Assembly: GCA_963719425.1 (NCBI GenBank)
Contig: OY970382.1
Location: 321,246-385,245 of the forward strand
Reading direction: 5' to 3'
From: an uncultured bacterium
Lineage (GTDB): Bacteria > Patescibacteriota > Minisyncoccia > UBA6257 > 2-01-FULL-56-20
Length of the DNA: 64,000 nt
Under the pieces are notes generated by a model. It worked only from the letters and a program-made list of their open reading frames with translations, was not told where the DNA came from and did no database searches. This document shows, piece by piece, positions 1 through 9,013 of this stretch; the first letter of the stretch is position 1; every line of letters begins with the position of its first letter. A program made the position numbers and the translations under genes.

Positions 1-44
1 CAAGAGCCACCCAAACCGGAAGGAGCGAGCGTATAATCAAATAT

Positions 45-506
45 ATGAGCAATAAAAAAGAGGTGACCGCCGAGACGGTGCAGTCCTTGCGCGAAGCGAC
101 GGGTGCGGGCGTGATGGATTGCCGCAGGGCGCTTCTTGAGGCGCACGGCGACTTTGGCGCGGCGAAAAAGATCATTCAAGAAAAGGGACTTTTAAAAGTG
201 GAAAAACGCGCGGGCAGGGCGACGGGTGCCGGCCTCATGCATTCCTATGTGCACGGCGGGCGCATCGGCGTCTTGGTGGACCTCCGCGCGGAAACGGACT
301 TCGTAGTCCGCTCGGAGCCGTTCCAGAAGCTCATTCACGAGCTTGCGATGCAGATCGCGGCCGCGGCGCCCGGGAACGTGGAGGAACTCCTCGCGCAGCC
401 CTATATCAAAGACGAATCGCGGACCGTAAAAGACATCGTGAACGATGTGATCGCGAAGGTAGGGGAGAACATCACCGTGAACCAGTTCTCTCGGATAGAG
501 ATATAG
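45..506 (+). CDS. tsf: Elongation factor Ts (short form)
   Basis: N-terminal UBA-like motif VTAETVQSLREATGAGVMDCRRALLEAHGDFGAAKKII typical of EF-Ts; 153 aa. Confidence 0.85.
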   Translation: MSNKKEVTAETVQSLREATGAGVMDCRRALLEAHGDFGAAKKIIQEKGLLKVEKRAGRATGAGLMHSYVHGGRIGVLVDLRAETDFVVRSEPFQKLIHELAMQIAAAAPGNVEELLAQPYIKDESRTVKDIVNDVIAKVGENITVNQFSRIEI

Positions 507-537
507 ATGCTGCGCATATATATTTGGTTCGTTCGTC

Positions 538-562
538 AAATGACAAGCTAACTTGTCATTTT
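538..562 (+). terminator. Hairpin downstream of tsf (10-bp perfect stem AAATGACAAG/CTTGTCATTT, loop CTAA, ends in T-run)
   Basis: Perfect inverted repeat read directly; weak U-tract. Confidence 0.4.
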
Positions 563-589
563 CCTCGCTGCCAAATATAATAGAGAACG

Positions 590-928
590 ATGGCAATGTT
601 CATTTTCACAAGCGTTTTGATGATCTCGCTTTCGGCAGTGCTGTATCTTATGGTCCGCGCCTTGCCGCGGATCGTGGAGGAACCGCCCACCGAAAAACCA
701 GGCTTGCTTGACCGTTGGGCGCATTCCCAGCTGCCGGAGAAATTTGATGCGGCCCTGAATGGTTTTCTTTTGAAGATTCTGCGGCGGCTGAAAGTGCTGA
801 TGCTCAAGATTGACAATGGCTTGAGCAAGCGCTTGGAAAGGGTGAAGCCCGAGGACAATGGCAAGAAGCCGAATATTGATTTTAAGGAAATTGCAGGGCA
901 GAATAAGGAAGGCGAAAGTATTCAATAA
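590..928 (+). CDS. Hypothetical small membrane protein
   Basis: ORF with N-terminal hydrophobic helix (FIFTSVLMISLSAVLYLMV); TATAAT at 576-581 upstream. Confidence 0.45.
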   Translation: MAMFIFTSVLMISLSAVLYLMVRALPRIVEEPPTEKPGLLDRWAHSQLPEKFDAALNGFLLKILRRLKVLMLKIDNGLSKRLERVKPEDNGKKPNIDFKEIAGQNKEGESIQ

Positions 929-931
929 AAC

Positions 932-1016
932 GCGCAGGTGACGGAGAGGCCAATCGTAGCACGCTGTAAACGTGCCGCCCTTTCGGGCTACGCAGGTTCG
1001 AATCCTGCCCTGCGCA
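932..1016 (+). tRNA. tRNA-Tyr (anticodon GUA), type II with long variable arm
   Basis: Acceptor GCGCAGG/CCTGCGC, anticodon stem GCACG/CGTGC with loop CTGTAAA (anticodon GTA), variable arm CGCCCTTTCGGGCTAC, T-arm GCAGG-TTCGAAT-CCTGC, discriminator A. Confidence 0.85.
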
Positions 1017-1019
1017 CAA

Positions 1020-1400
1020 ACAAGTAAGCCAGCATCAAATTTAACAGGGGAAGTCGCCGAAGCAACTTCCCCAAGAGGTAGGGCACAGATCCTCTAGGCC
1101 ACGGCCCCGGCCTTTTGAGCTGTACCATGGTGATCAACTCACTAAGCGGTGGTATCTCACTGACGGCTCAGCGCCACCCGAGAGCAACGCATCGTCGCCT
1201 CCCACCTATTCTGCGGCCTAGCAAATCCCTAGTAGGACCGACGGAAGGGAGTCGAACCCTCCACCAACATTTCATAGGTTCCACATCGTCGTTCCTGTGC
1301 CTACCCAACCCATTGAAAAACCTATACCTGCCCGCTTACTTTGTCAATACTAGATCGTCCCGCCTGCGCTCAGTCAAGCATTTGTATTTTTCTCCAAATC
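1020..1400 (-). ncRNA. Candidate structured ncRNA, possibly RNase P RNA; contains a tRNA-like T-arm plus acceptor mimic at 1238-1262
   Basis: 400-nt ORF-free gap. Minus-strand read shows AAAGUAAGCGGGC...AUAGG (P4 5'-strand-like) near the 5' end and GCUGGCUUACUUG (P4 3'-strand-like) near the 3' end, complementary over 8 bp (1334-1341 vs 1022-1029). Also GGCCUAGAGGAU resembling the P15 region of E. coli M1 RNA, an 8-bp hairpin GGGGAAGU...ACUUCCCC (1049-1074), and GAGGG-UUCGACU-CCCUU with a CCGUCGG acceptor-like tail. Confidence 0.3.
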
Positions 1401-1417
1401 TGTTACAGTAATTCTCA

Positions 1418-2686
1418 ATGAGGCGGCATCCGGGCCTTTTTTTGACGATTATCGTTCTCGTCGCGATCGCGGCGGGATTTTTCGTCTATCCGAAGTGGGT
1501 TGGGTCACAGTGGCAGCCGTGGCACCTAGGATTGGACCTTGTGGGGGGCAGCCATCTGGTTTATCAGATTGATCTCTCAAAAGTTGCGGCGACGGACCAG
1601 GATTCCGTCGTACAGGGGCTCCGCGACGTGATTGAAAAACGCGTGAATCTTTTCGGCGTGAGCGAGCCACAGGTCTATACCGCAGAGACGCGGAACCAGG
1701 CGCAGCTCATCGTTGACCTTGCGGGCGTGAAGAATGTGAGCGATGCGATCAACCAAATCGGCCAGACGCCACTTTTGGATTTCCGTGAAGTGCAGCAGAA
1801 CGGTTCAAGCACGCAATACGTTTACACGAACCTCACCGGTGAGTACGTCACGGGCGCGCAGTTGAATTTCAACCAAACGACCGGCGCGGCGGAGGTGCAG
1901 GTCTCGTTCAACGATCAGGGCGCGCAGATTTTTGCGAAGATCACGGCGGCAAACGTAGGGAAACCACTCGCGATTTTTTTGGATAATAATTTGATTGAAG
2001 CGCCAGTGGTGCAGGAAGCGATTCCGAACGGCAAGGCGGTCATCAGCGGCAACTTCACGGTGGATAGCGCCCGCACGCTCGTGGAACGGTTCAATGCCGG
2101 CGCGCTGCCCGCGCCCATCACGCTCATCACCCAGCAAACGGTGAGTCCCTCGCTCGGTGCCGATTCGCTGCGTAAGGTGATTGTGGCGGGCATCGCTGGA
2201 ACACTCCTTGTGATCCTTTTCATGCTTTTTTATTATCGTCTGCTTGGTCTTTTTGCCGCGTTCGCGCTCATCATTTACATTGCGCTCACGCTCGGCGTTT
2301 TCAAAGTTATCCCCATTACCCTAAGCTTGTCCGGGCTCGCGGGCTTTATCCTTACGATTGGCATGGCGGTAGACGCGAACATCCTCATTTTTGAACGTAT
2401 TAAGGAAGAGTTAAAGAGGGGATTGCCGAAATCGTCAGCAATCGAAGAAGGATTCCGGCGCGCCTGGCCGTCCATCCGCGACTCAAACACGTCCACCATC
2501 ATCACGGCGGTCATCCTGTATTATTTCACCTCCAGTTTCGTGCAGGGCTTCGCGCTCACGCTCCTCCTCGGCGTCATTGTAAGTTTGTTCAGCGCGATCA
2601 CGACCACGCGCCTTTTCCTCCGCACGTTTTTAAAGGACGCAAAACCGTCGCGACCGTCTCCGTCGCCCAAACCAGCTGCCGCATAA
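1418..2686 (+). CDS. secD: Protein translocase subunit SecD
   Basis: N-terminal TM helix, LGLDLVGGSHLVYQ motif, C-terminal 6-TM SecD/SecF domain; followed directly by secF. Confidence 0.9.
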   Translation: MRRHPGLFLTIIVLVAIAAGFFVYPKWVGSQWQPWHLGLDLVGGSHLVYQIDLSKVAATDQDSVVQGLRDVIEKRVNLFGVSEPQVYTAETRNQAQLIVDLAGVKNVSDAINQIGQTPLLDFREVQQNGSSTQYVYTNLTGEYVTGAQLNFNQTTGAAEVQVSFNDQGAQIFAKITAANVGKPLAIFLDNNLIEAPVVQEAIPNGKAVISGNFTVDSARTLVERFNAGALPAPITLITQQTVSPSLGADSLRKVIVAGIAGTLLVILFMLFYYRLLGLFAAFALIIYIALTLGVFKVIPITLSLSGLAGFILTIGMAVDANILIFERIKEELKRGLPKSSAIEEGFRRAWPSIRDSNTSTIITAVILYYFTSSFVQGFALTLLLGVIVSLFSAITTTRLFLRTFLKDAKPSRPSPSPKPAAA

Positions 2687-2687
2687 C

Positions 2688-3587
2688 ATGCTCAACATCG
2701 TCGGCCGCAAGAAAATTTGGTTCACGCTGTCCGGCATCCTCGTCGGCCTGGCACTTTTGGCTATCGCATTCTACGGTTTCAAGCAAAGCGCGGAATTTCT
2801 CGGCGGCTCCCTTTGGGAATTCAAAATTCCCGCGAACCAGCCGCAGCTTTCCGATGTGCAGGATTTTTTCGCGAATGATCTTAAGATCGACGGCGCGGAG
2901 ATAACGCTTGACACCACGAACCAATCCTTTCTTGCGCGTTTCAATATCGTAGACGAAGCGGCACATGAACGATATTTGAGCGCGTTGCAAAGCAAGTGGC
3001 CCTCCTTCACGGAGTTGAGCTTCTCGTCCATCGGTCCTACGATCGGCGCTAGTTTGAAGAAAAATGCGCTCATTGCGATCGGACTCGTCCTCGTCGGCAT
3101 TTCCCTCTATATCGCCTTCGCGTTCCGGAAAGCATCGCGGCCGGTGAGCTCATGGAAATACGGATGGGTCACCCTTCTCACGCTCTTCCACGACGTCTCC
3201 ATTCCGGCGGGATTGCTCGCGGTGCTCGGACGTTTTAAGGGCGTGGAGATTGATACGAATTTCATCGTGGCGCTCTTGGTCGTCATGGGTTTTTCGGTGC
3301 ACGACACGATCGTCGTGTTTGACCGTATCCGCGAAAATCTGATCACGCACCGCGGGAAGTCCAGCTTCACCACTATTGTGAATGACAGCGTCAATCAGAC
3401 GCTTGCGCGGTCCATCAACACGTCCCTCACGCTCATTCTTGTGCTCCTCGCGCTCTATTTTGCAGGTCCTGTCGACCTTCAATACTTCGTTCTTACTCTT
3501 CTCGTGGGAGTAACTACTGGCATCTATTCTTCCATCTTTATCGCGAGCCCCGCCCTCGTGCTTTTGAAACCGAGGGGTGTGGATTGA
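2688..3587 (+). CDS. secF: Protein translocase subunit SecF
   Basis: SecF-type 6-TM domain (HDTIVVFDRIREN motif); ATG 1 nt after secD stop. Confidence 0.9.
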   Translation: MLNIVGRKKIWFTLSGILVGLALLAIAFYGFKQSAEFLGGSLWEFKIPANQPQLSDVQDFFANDLKIDGAEITLDTTNQSFLARFNIVDEAAHERYLSALQSKWPSFTELSFSSIGPTIGASLKKNALIAIGLVLVGISLYIAFAFRKASRPVSSWKYGWVTLLTLFHDVSIPAGLLAVLGRFKGVEIDTNFIVALLVVMGFSVHDTIVVFDRIRENLITHRGKSSFTTIVNDSVNQTLARSINTSLTLILVLLALYFAGPVDLQYFVLTLLVGVTTGIYSSIFIASPALVLLKPRGVD

Positions 3588-3628
3588 CATACTTGCTAAA
3601 AAAGTACTGATAAGTTATAATAACCCTA

Positions 3629-4669
3629 ATGACTTCGGCAGCGAAAATTGTTGATGCGACACTTGCAAACCTAAAGCCCCGCCAGAAAGAGGTGCTTCAG
3701 GCCCGTTTTGGCTTGGCCAAAGAGGGTGAGGGGCAGGGGGAAACCCTAGCCGCGATCGGCGATCGGCTGAAGGTAACGCGGGAGCGCGTGCGGCAGATAG
3801 AATCAAGCGGCATCACGCTTGCGAAAGCGAACATTTTGAAGAGTTCTGACGCGGCCGGGTTCCTGGATAAAGTGAAAAAATATCTCGCGACGCGCGGCGG
3901 CGTGGCGAGGAAGCCGGAGGTGCTCCAGTACGCGGCGACGCTTGCGAGGGGCGTGCGCGAAAACCAGCTTGATTTCCTTGCTGCGGTTTCCGATGCCTTT
4001 AAGGCATATCGTGAGGATGATGATTTCATCCCGTTTTATTACTCTGGCGACAAGGAGCTCAAGGAAGCAAAAACTTTTGTGGACGGCTGGGTGAATTTCT
4101 TGAACGCGCATAAGGAAAAAGTGCTTGGTGGTGGGGCGTATCAAACCCAGCTTGCGAGCTTCGTGAAGACAAAGGCGGTTGGCGACACGGTCGCAGAAAA
4201 TTATTTGAGCGTGATAAAGCATATCCACAAGAATCCGTATGGCGACATGGGTCTCCGTGATTGGGCGGAGATCCGGCCGACGACCGTGCGCGACAAGATC
4301 TATCTTGTCCTGAAGAAGCACGGCGAGCCGCTGCACTTTGAGGATATCGCCCGTCATATCAACAAGGTTGGTTTTGACGAACAGGAAGCGCTCGCGCCGA
4401 CGGTGCATAACGAGCTGATCAAAGACGATCGATTCGTTTTGGTCGGGCGAGGCATGTATGGTCTTCGCGAACATGGCTATGAGCCGGGCACCGCGCGCGA
4501 AGTGATCGCAAAGGTGTTGAAAAGTGTGGGCCCACTCCGGCCGACGGACGTTGTGACGCACGTGAACAAACAGCGTTTCTTCAAACCGAATACGATCCTT
4601 ATCAATCTGCAGAATCGTAATTTTTTTGAGCGGCTGCCCGACGGTCGGTACCGCGTCCGCGAAGCATAG
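3629..4669 (+). CDS. Sigma-70 region-4-like HTH protein with C-terminal HARE-HTH domain
   Basis: N-terminus RQKEVLQARFGL...GETLAAIGDRLKVTRERVRQIESSG resembles sigma-70 region 4; C-terminus HFEDIARHIN...DDRFVLVGRGMYGLRE matches the HARE-HTH pattern. Confidence 0.6.
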   Translation: MTSAAKIVDATLANLKPRQKEVLQARFGLAKEGEGQGETLAAIGDRLKVTRERVRQIESSGITLAKANILKSSDAAGFLDKVKKYLATRGGVARKPEVLQYAATLARGVRENQLDFLAAVSDAFKAYREDDDFIPFYYSGDKELKEAKTFVDGWVNFLNAHKEKVLGGGAYQTQLASFVKTKAVGDTVAENYLSVIKHIHKNPYGDMGLRDWAEIRPTTVRDKIYLVLKKHGEPLHFEDIARHINKVGFDEQEALAPTVHNELIKDDRFVLVGRGMYGLREHGYEPGTAREVIAKVLKSVGPLRPTDVVTHVNKQRFFKPNTILINLQNRNFFERLPDGRYRVREA

Positions 4670-4719
4670 CGCGGCGCCGGCTTCCGTCTTCGCCTCTGCT
4701 CCCATCTCCGCCTCCGCCA

Positions 4720-5406
4720 ATGACCCGGTTCCATCTCCTCACGATTTTCCCTGAAATTTTCGATTCCTATCTCAAGGAATCTTTTTTGAAAAAAGCACAG
4801 GAAAAGAAACTGATTACGATTACGCCGCACAATCTGCGCGATTTCACGAGCGACAAGCATCGGAAGGTAGACGACCGGCCGTTTGGTGGCGGGCCGGGGA
4901 TGGTTCTTAAAGTGGAGCCCATTTACAAAGCGATTCGCGCCATTGTGCAAAAGTCGCGCGTTGCCCCGCGTAAGCGATGGGTCATTTTGTTCTCGCTCCG
5001 CGGAAAGAAGCTTGACGCGAAGGTATCGCGGCGGCTCGCAAAATACGACGAGCTTGTTTTGATCTGCGGCCGCTACGAAGGCGTGGATGAACGGGTGGCG
5101 CGATACGTCGCGGATGAAGAGATCTCAATAGGGGACTATGTGCTCTCCGGCGGCGAACTCCCCGCACTCGTCCTCATGGAATCCGTCTGTCGGTTCATCC
5201 CCGGCTTTTTGGGGAAACAGGAATCGCTTGAGGATTTTAAGGGCTCCTATCCCACATACACCCGCCCGGAGGTTTTTATAGCGAAGAAAAACGGTGCGGT
5301 GAAGAAGAATAGTACGAAAGGAAAAGCGCAAAAGTGGAGTGTGCCGAAAATGCTTCTCTCCGGCGACCACAAAAAGATCGCCGAGTGGCGCCGTGGGAAG
5401 CATTAA
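4720..5406 (+). CDS. trmD: tRNA (guanine37-N1)-methyltransferase
   Basis: TrmD motifs LTIFPE, PFGGGPGMVLK, RYEGVDERV, LLSGDHKKIAEWRR. Confidence 0.9.
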   Translation: MTRFHLLTIFPEIFDSYLKESFLKKAQEKKLITITPHNLRDFTSDKHRKVDDRPFGGGPGMVLKVEPIYKAIRAIVQKSRVAPRKRWVILFSLRGKKLDAKVSRRLAKYDELVLICGRYEGVDERVARYVADEEISIGDYVLSGGELPALVLMESVCRFIPGFLGKQESLEDFKGSYPTYTRPEVFIAKKNGAVKKNSTKGKAQKWSVPKMLLSGDHKKIAEWRRGKH

Positions 5407-5441
5407 GAAACGGCCGCTCCCGTTCTGTTAGAATAAAAGAC

Positions 5442-7217
5442 ATGGATCGGGAAACCAGGATCTGCCAGAATTGCAAATCTTCGTTCGTCATTGCGCCCGA
5501 GGACTTCACGTTCTATGAAAAGATCAAGGTCCCGCCGCCCACATGGTGTCCGGAGTGCCGCATGGCCAGAAAAATGGCCTTTCGCAACGAACGGACGCTT
5601 TACCGACAATCGTGCGCTTTGTGCGGCAGGAATGTTCTTTCAATGTATGCACAGGACACACCGCTTACTGTTTATTGCACGGAGTGCTGGTGGTCCGACA
5701 AGTGGGATCCGCTGAGTTATGGACGAGCCTACAATTTTTCTCAAAATTTCTTTGATCAATTTCGAAGGCTTTTTAATGCCATTCCGCGTGCGAATCTTTA
5801 TCAAACGCTCGTAGTTGATAGTCTTTATTCCAATTATGCTATCAACGTGAAAAATGGCTATATGGTTTTCGGGGGCCATGATTACGAAGATTGCTTATAC
5901 GCCGGACAGTGTAGTTTCGTCAAAGATTCTATTGATGTTTCCTTCAGTAGAAATTCTGAGATGTGTGCTTCATCAATCGATCTGTGGCGTTGCTCAAAAG
6001 TTTTTTTCAGTCGCTACGCCGAAGATTGTTCAGATTCTTATTTTCTCTTTGACTGCCGTAATTGCACCAATTGTTTTGGGTGCGCCAACCTGAGAAATAA
6101 ATCCTATTATATCTTTAATGAACCGTATTCAAAGGATGGATATTTTTCAAAATTAAAAGAGCTGAATATCGGCAGTTTTAAATCTTTAAAAGGGCTGGAG
6201 GGTAGAGTTTATGAATTTTGGTTGAAGTTTCCACGCCATTTCGCCAATATCAGAAATTCCAGAAATTGCATTGGCGATAATATTCATAATTCCAAAGATT
6301 GCTATTATTGTTTTGATGTTTATAAGGATATTGATAACTGCCGATATTCGTTTTTCTTACCCGACAACGGACGAGATTGTTATGATTCAGATCACACTGG
6401 CGTCAATTCAGAACTGATGTATGAGGTCATGAGCACAAGTTACGACGCCAAGGTCATAGCAAGCAATCGTATTTACAGTTGCCATGATATCTACTATTCC
6501 GACGATTGCCATAATTCCCAGAATCTTTTTGGCTGCATCGGTTTAAAGAAAAAGGAATATTGCATTTTGAACAAGCAGTATACCAGAGAGGAATATGAGG
6601 GTCTGGTGCCAAGAATTAAGGATCAAATGATGGCAATTTCTTACACTGATAAAGTTGGGAGGGTTTATAAATTCGGCGAGTTTTTCCCTATTGATTTCAG
6701 CCCGTTTGCTTATAACGAGACCTTGGGTCGGGAATACTTCCCGATAAGTAAGCGAGGAGCGATTGAGCGGGGTTATTCTTGGCGGGAGCCGGCAGCTAAA
6801 AATTATCAAATAACTATTAAGCCAGATCAGTTGCCAGATATTACTAGAGATGCGGCCAATTCAATGATTAATGAAATAATCGGTTGCGACCACAGGGGAG
6901 AATGTGCCGAGCAATGCACCACGGCTTTTCGTATTGTCCAAGAAGAATTGGATTTTTACCGTAAAATGAGCCTGCCTCTGCCCAGACTTTGTCCCAACTG
7001 CAGACATTATGGGCGCCTCAAGCAGCGGAATCCTTTAAAGTTGTGGCACCGAAAATGTACTTGTGCGGGCGCAAAATCAGAAAATGGCGCGTACGAGAAC
7101 TCCGCATCGCATTTCCACAGTTCCAGCCATTGTCCCAATGAGTTTGAAACCACCTACGCCGCGGACCGACCCGAGACCGTCTATTGCGAGCAATGCTACA
7201 ACGCGGAGGTGGTATGA
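5442..7217 (+). CDS. Cysteine-rich Zn-ribbon repeat protein, paralog A1 (family of 4 in window)
   Basis: Track ORF 5334 overlaps trmD; conserved family N-terminus MDRETRICQNC starts at 5442. About 45 Cys, N- and C-terminal CxxC...CxxC modules, repeated CxNCxxCFGCxNLRNKxYC units. Shares termini with ORFs at 7214, 9014 and 40041. Confidence 0.75.
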   Translation: MDRETRICQNCKSSFVIAPEDFTFYEKIKVPPPTWCPECRMARKMAFRNERTLYRQSCALCGRNVLSMYAQDTPLTVYCTECWWSDKWDPLSYGRAYNFSQNFFDQFRRLFNAIPRANLYQTLVVDSLYSNYAINVKNGYMVFGGHDYEDCLYAGQCSFVKDSIDVSFSRNSEMCASSIDLWRCSKVFFSRYAEDCSDSYFLFDCRNCTNCFGCANLRNKSYYIFNEPYSKDGYFSKLKELNIGSFKSLKGLEGRVYEFWLKFPRHFANIRNSRNCIGDNIHNSKDCYYCFDVYKDIDNCRYSFFLPDNGRDCYDSDHTGVNSELMYEVMSTSYDAKVIASNRIYSCHDIYYSDDCHNSQNLFGCIGLKKKEYCILNKQYTREEYEGLVPRIKDQMMAISYTDKVGRVYKFGEFFPIDFSPFAYNETLGREYFPISKRGAIERGYSWREPAAKNYQITIKPDQLPDITRDAANSMINEIIGCDHRGECAEQCTTAFRIVQEELDFYRKMSLPLPRLCPNCRHYGRLKQRNPLKLWHRKCTCAGAKSENGAYENSASHFHSSSHCPNEFETTYAADRPETVYCEQCYNAEVV

Positions 7218-9004
7218 CATTAGCCATGAATACCGAAATCAAAACCTGCCAAAACTGCGAATCCTCGTTCGCGATTGAACCCGAGGATTTTGATTTCTAT
7301 AAACGGATAACCGTCCCGCCGCCGACGTGGTGTCCGGAGTGCAGGATGATTCGCAGGCTGTCGCACAGAAATGAACGCAGCCTCCATCGCCGCATGTGTA
7401 GCGCCCCGGGGCACACGGAGGAAATCATCTCTATTTACGATGCGAGCGACGCTTCTCCCGCATACGACTACGAGTATTGGTGGAGCGATACATGGGATCC
7501 GCTGGCATACGGTGCGCTGTATGATTTTGGAAAAGATTTCTTTTCGCAGTGGCGCGACCTCCGAAATCGCGTGCCGCGTCTTGCTCTTTCCAATTCACGG
7601 GCCACGAACAGTGAGTATTGCAACGTAAACGACAAAAGCAAGGACTGCTATATGATTTCTGCCGCATATGAGAACGAGCACGTTCTCTACTCTAATCGCG
7701 TTTCCTACAGCAAGGATTCGGCAGACTGCTATATCCTTAACAAAGGCGAATTATGCTATGGAAATGTAGCGTGCACTGACTCCTACCGACTTCTTTTTAG
7801 CATACGATCCAAAAACTGCACCAACTCCGCATTTTTGTACGATTGTGATAATTGTCAGGACTGCTTCGGATGCATTAATCTGCGCAACAAGCGCTTCTGC
7901 CTGTTCAACGAGCAACTTACCAAGGAAGAATTTCTCAAGCAATCCAAGCGATTTGATCTGCGGAGTTTTTCAGCAATTGAAAGGGCAGCATCGCGTTTTC
8001 GCGAACTTTCTGCGCGGGCCATCCATAGGCACGCCACTCTTATTTCTACGGTGGATTCCACTGGCGACAATCTCTCTCAATGCAAACATTGCAGGAATTG
8101 TTTTGATTTTGACAGGGCCGAAGAATGTAAATTCTGTAATTGGGGAGGATTTGTCGTTAAAGATACTTATGATGCAAACGGGGTCGTCGACGTTTCGGAG
8201 CTTTTGTACGAAACGTTTGACGAGGTCCGAGGCTCACGCATTCTTTTTTCAAGCGTTGTCTACGACTCGCATGATATTGCCTATTCTATGAATTGCTATA
8301 ATTCCAACAATTTGTTCGGCTGCGTCGGATTGCGGAAGAAACAGTACTGCATATTAAACCGGCAATATTCTAAGGAAGAGTACGAATCCCTCGTCCCCAA
8401 AATCATTTCGCATATGTACACCCAGCCATATCGCGACAGTCGAGGCCTAGTATATACCTACGGAGAGTTTTTCCCTCCCGAATTGTCCGCCTTCGGCTAC
8501 AATGAAACCGTCGCGCATGATTTGGTAAGAATGTCGCAAGAAGAAGCACGGGCAGCGGGATTTCGATGGCGGGAATCTTCCGAGAGAAGCTATACAGTGA
8601 GCATACAAGCCGCGCAACTTCCTGACAGTCTCGACAGGGTGGAAGATTCGATTACCAAAGAGGTAATCGGCTGTAGCCATGGAGGAAAATGTGATGATCA
8701 ATGCACTACTGCGTTTCGCGTTATTCCCGACGAACTTCAATTGTATAGAAATCTAGGCGTGGCTCTTCCAAGGATGTGCTTCAATTGCCGTCACCATGCG
8801 CGCCTTCGCGAGAGGAATCCCTTAAAACTCTGGCGGCGCAAGTGCCGATGTGCAGGCGCAAAGTCAGAAGCTGATATTTATTTGAATACTACTGGCCATT
8901 TCCACGGCGCAGAACATTGTCCCAACGAGTTTGAAACCCCGTATGCTCCTAACCGCCCTGAGATTGTCTATTGCGAGCAGTGCTACCAGGCGGAGGTGGT
9001 ATAA
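7214..9004 (+). CDS. Cysteine-rich Zn-ribbon repeat protein, paralog B1
   Basis: Start ATG overlaps the upstream stop as ATGA (alternative start 7226, MNTEIKTC). CSAPGHTEEIIS motif shared with the copy at 40041; same C-terminal HCPNEFETPYAPNRPEIVYCEQCYQAEVV. Confidence 0.75.
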   Translation: MTLAMNTEIKTCQNCESSFAIEPEDFDFYKRITVPPPTWCPECRMIRRLSHRNERSLHRRMCSAPGHTEEIISIYDASDASPAYDYEYWWSDTWDPLAYGALYDFGKDFFSQWRDLRNRVPRLALSNSRATNSEYCNVNDKSKDCYMISAAYENEHVLYSNRVSYSKDSADCYILNKGELCYGNVACTDSYRLLFSIRSKNCTNSAFLYDCDNCQDCFGCINLRNKRFCLFNEQLTKEEFLKQSKRFDLRSFSAIERAASRFRELSARAIHRHATLISTVDSTGDNLSQCKHCRNCFDFDRAEECKFCNWGGFVVKDTYDANGVVDVSELLYETFDEVRGSRILFSSVVYDSHDIAYSMNCYNSNNLFGCVGLRKKQYCILNRQYSKEEYESLVPKIISHMYTQPYRDSRGLVYTYGEFFPPELSAFGYNETVAHDLVRMSQEEARAAGFRWRESSERSYTVSIQAAQLPDSLDRVEDSITKEVIGCSHGGKCDDQCTTAFRVIPDELQLYRNLGVALPRMCFNCRHHARLRERNPLKLWRRKCRCAGAKSEADIYLNTTGHFHGAEHCPNEFETPYAPNRPEIVYCEQCYQAEVV

Positions 9005-9013
9005 CTAAAAACA

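Noticed and set aside
1238-1262. tmRNA 3' end hypothesis for the minus-strand T-arm/acceptor motif
   Set aside because: No G3:U70 alanine identity pair; no GGGG... 5' acceptor or tag reading frame within reach, since secD begins at 1418. Treated instead as a tRNA-like mimic inside a candidate structured RNA.
1362-1369. Possible direct repeat of the tRNA-Tyr 3' end (CCTGCGC) that would mark an integration site
   Set aside because: Only 7-8 nt match exactly in a GC-rich context; too short to distinguish from chance.
3803-4720. 305-aa ORF antisense to the sigma-r4/HARE-HTH gene
   Set aside because: Entirely embedded antisense in a well-supported gene; long antisense ORFs are expected in GC-rich DNA; R/A-rich junk-like composition.
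5334-5441. N-terminal extension of the first Cys-rich ORF overlapping the trmD 3' end
   Set aside because: The conserved family N-terminus (METRICQNC-type) begins at the Met at 5442, as in the other three paralogs; the extension is an ORF-finder artefact.
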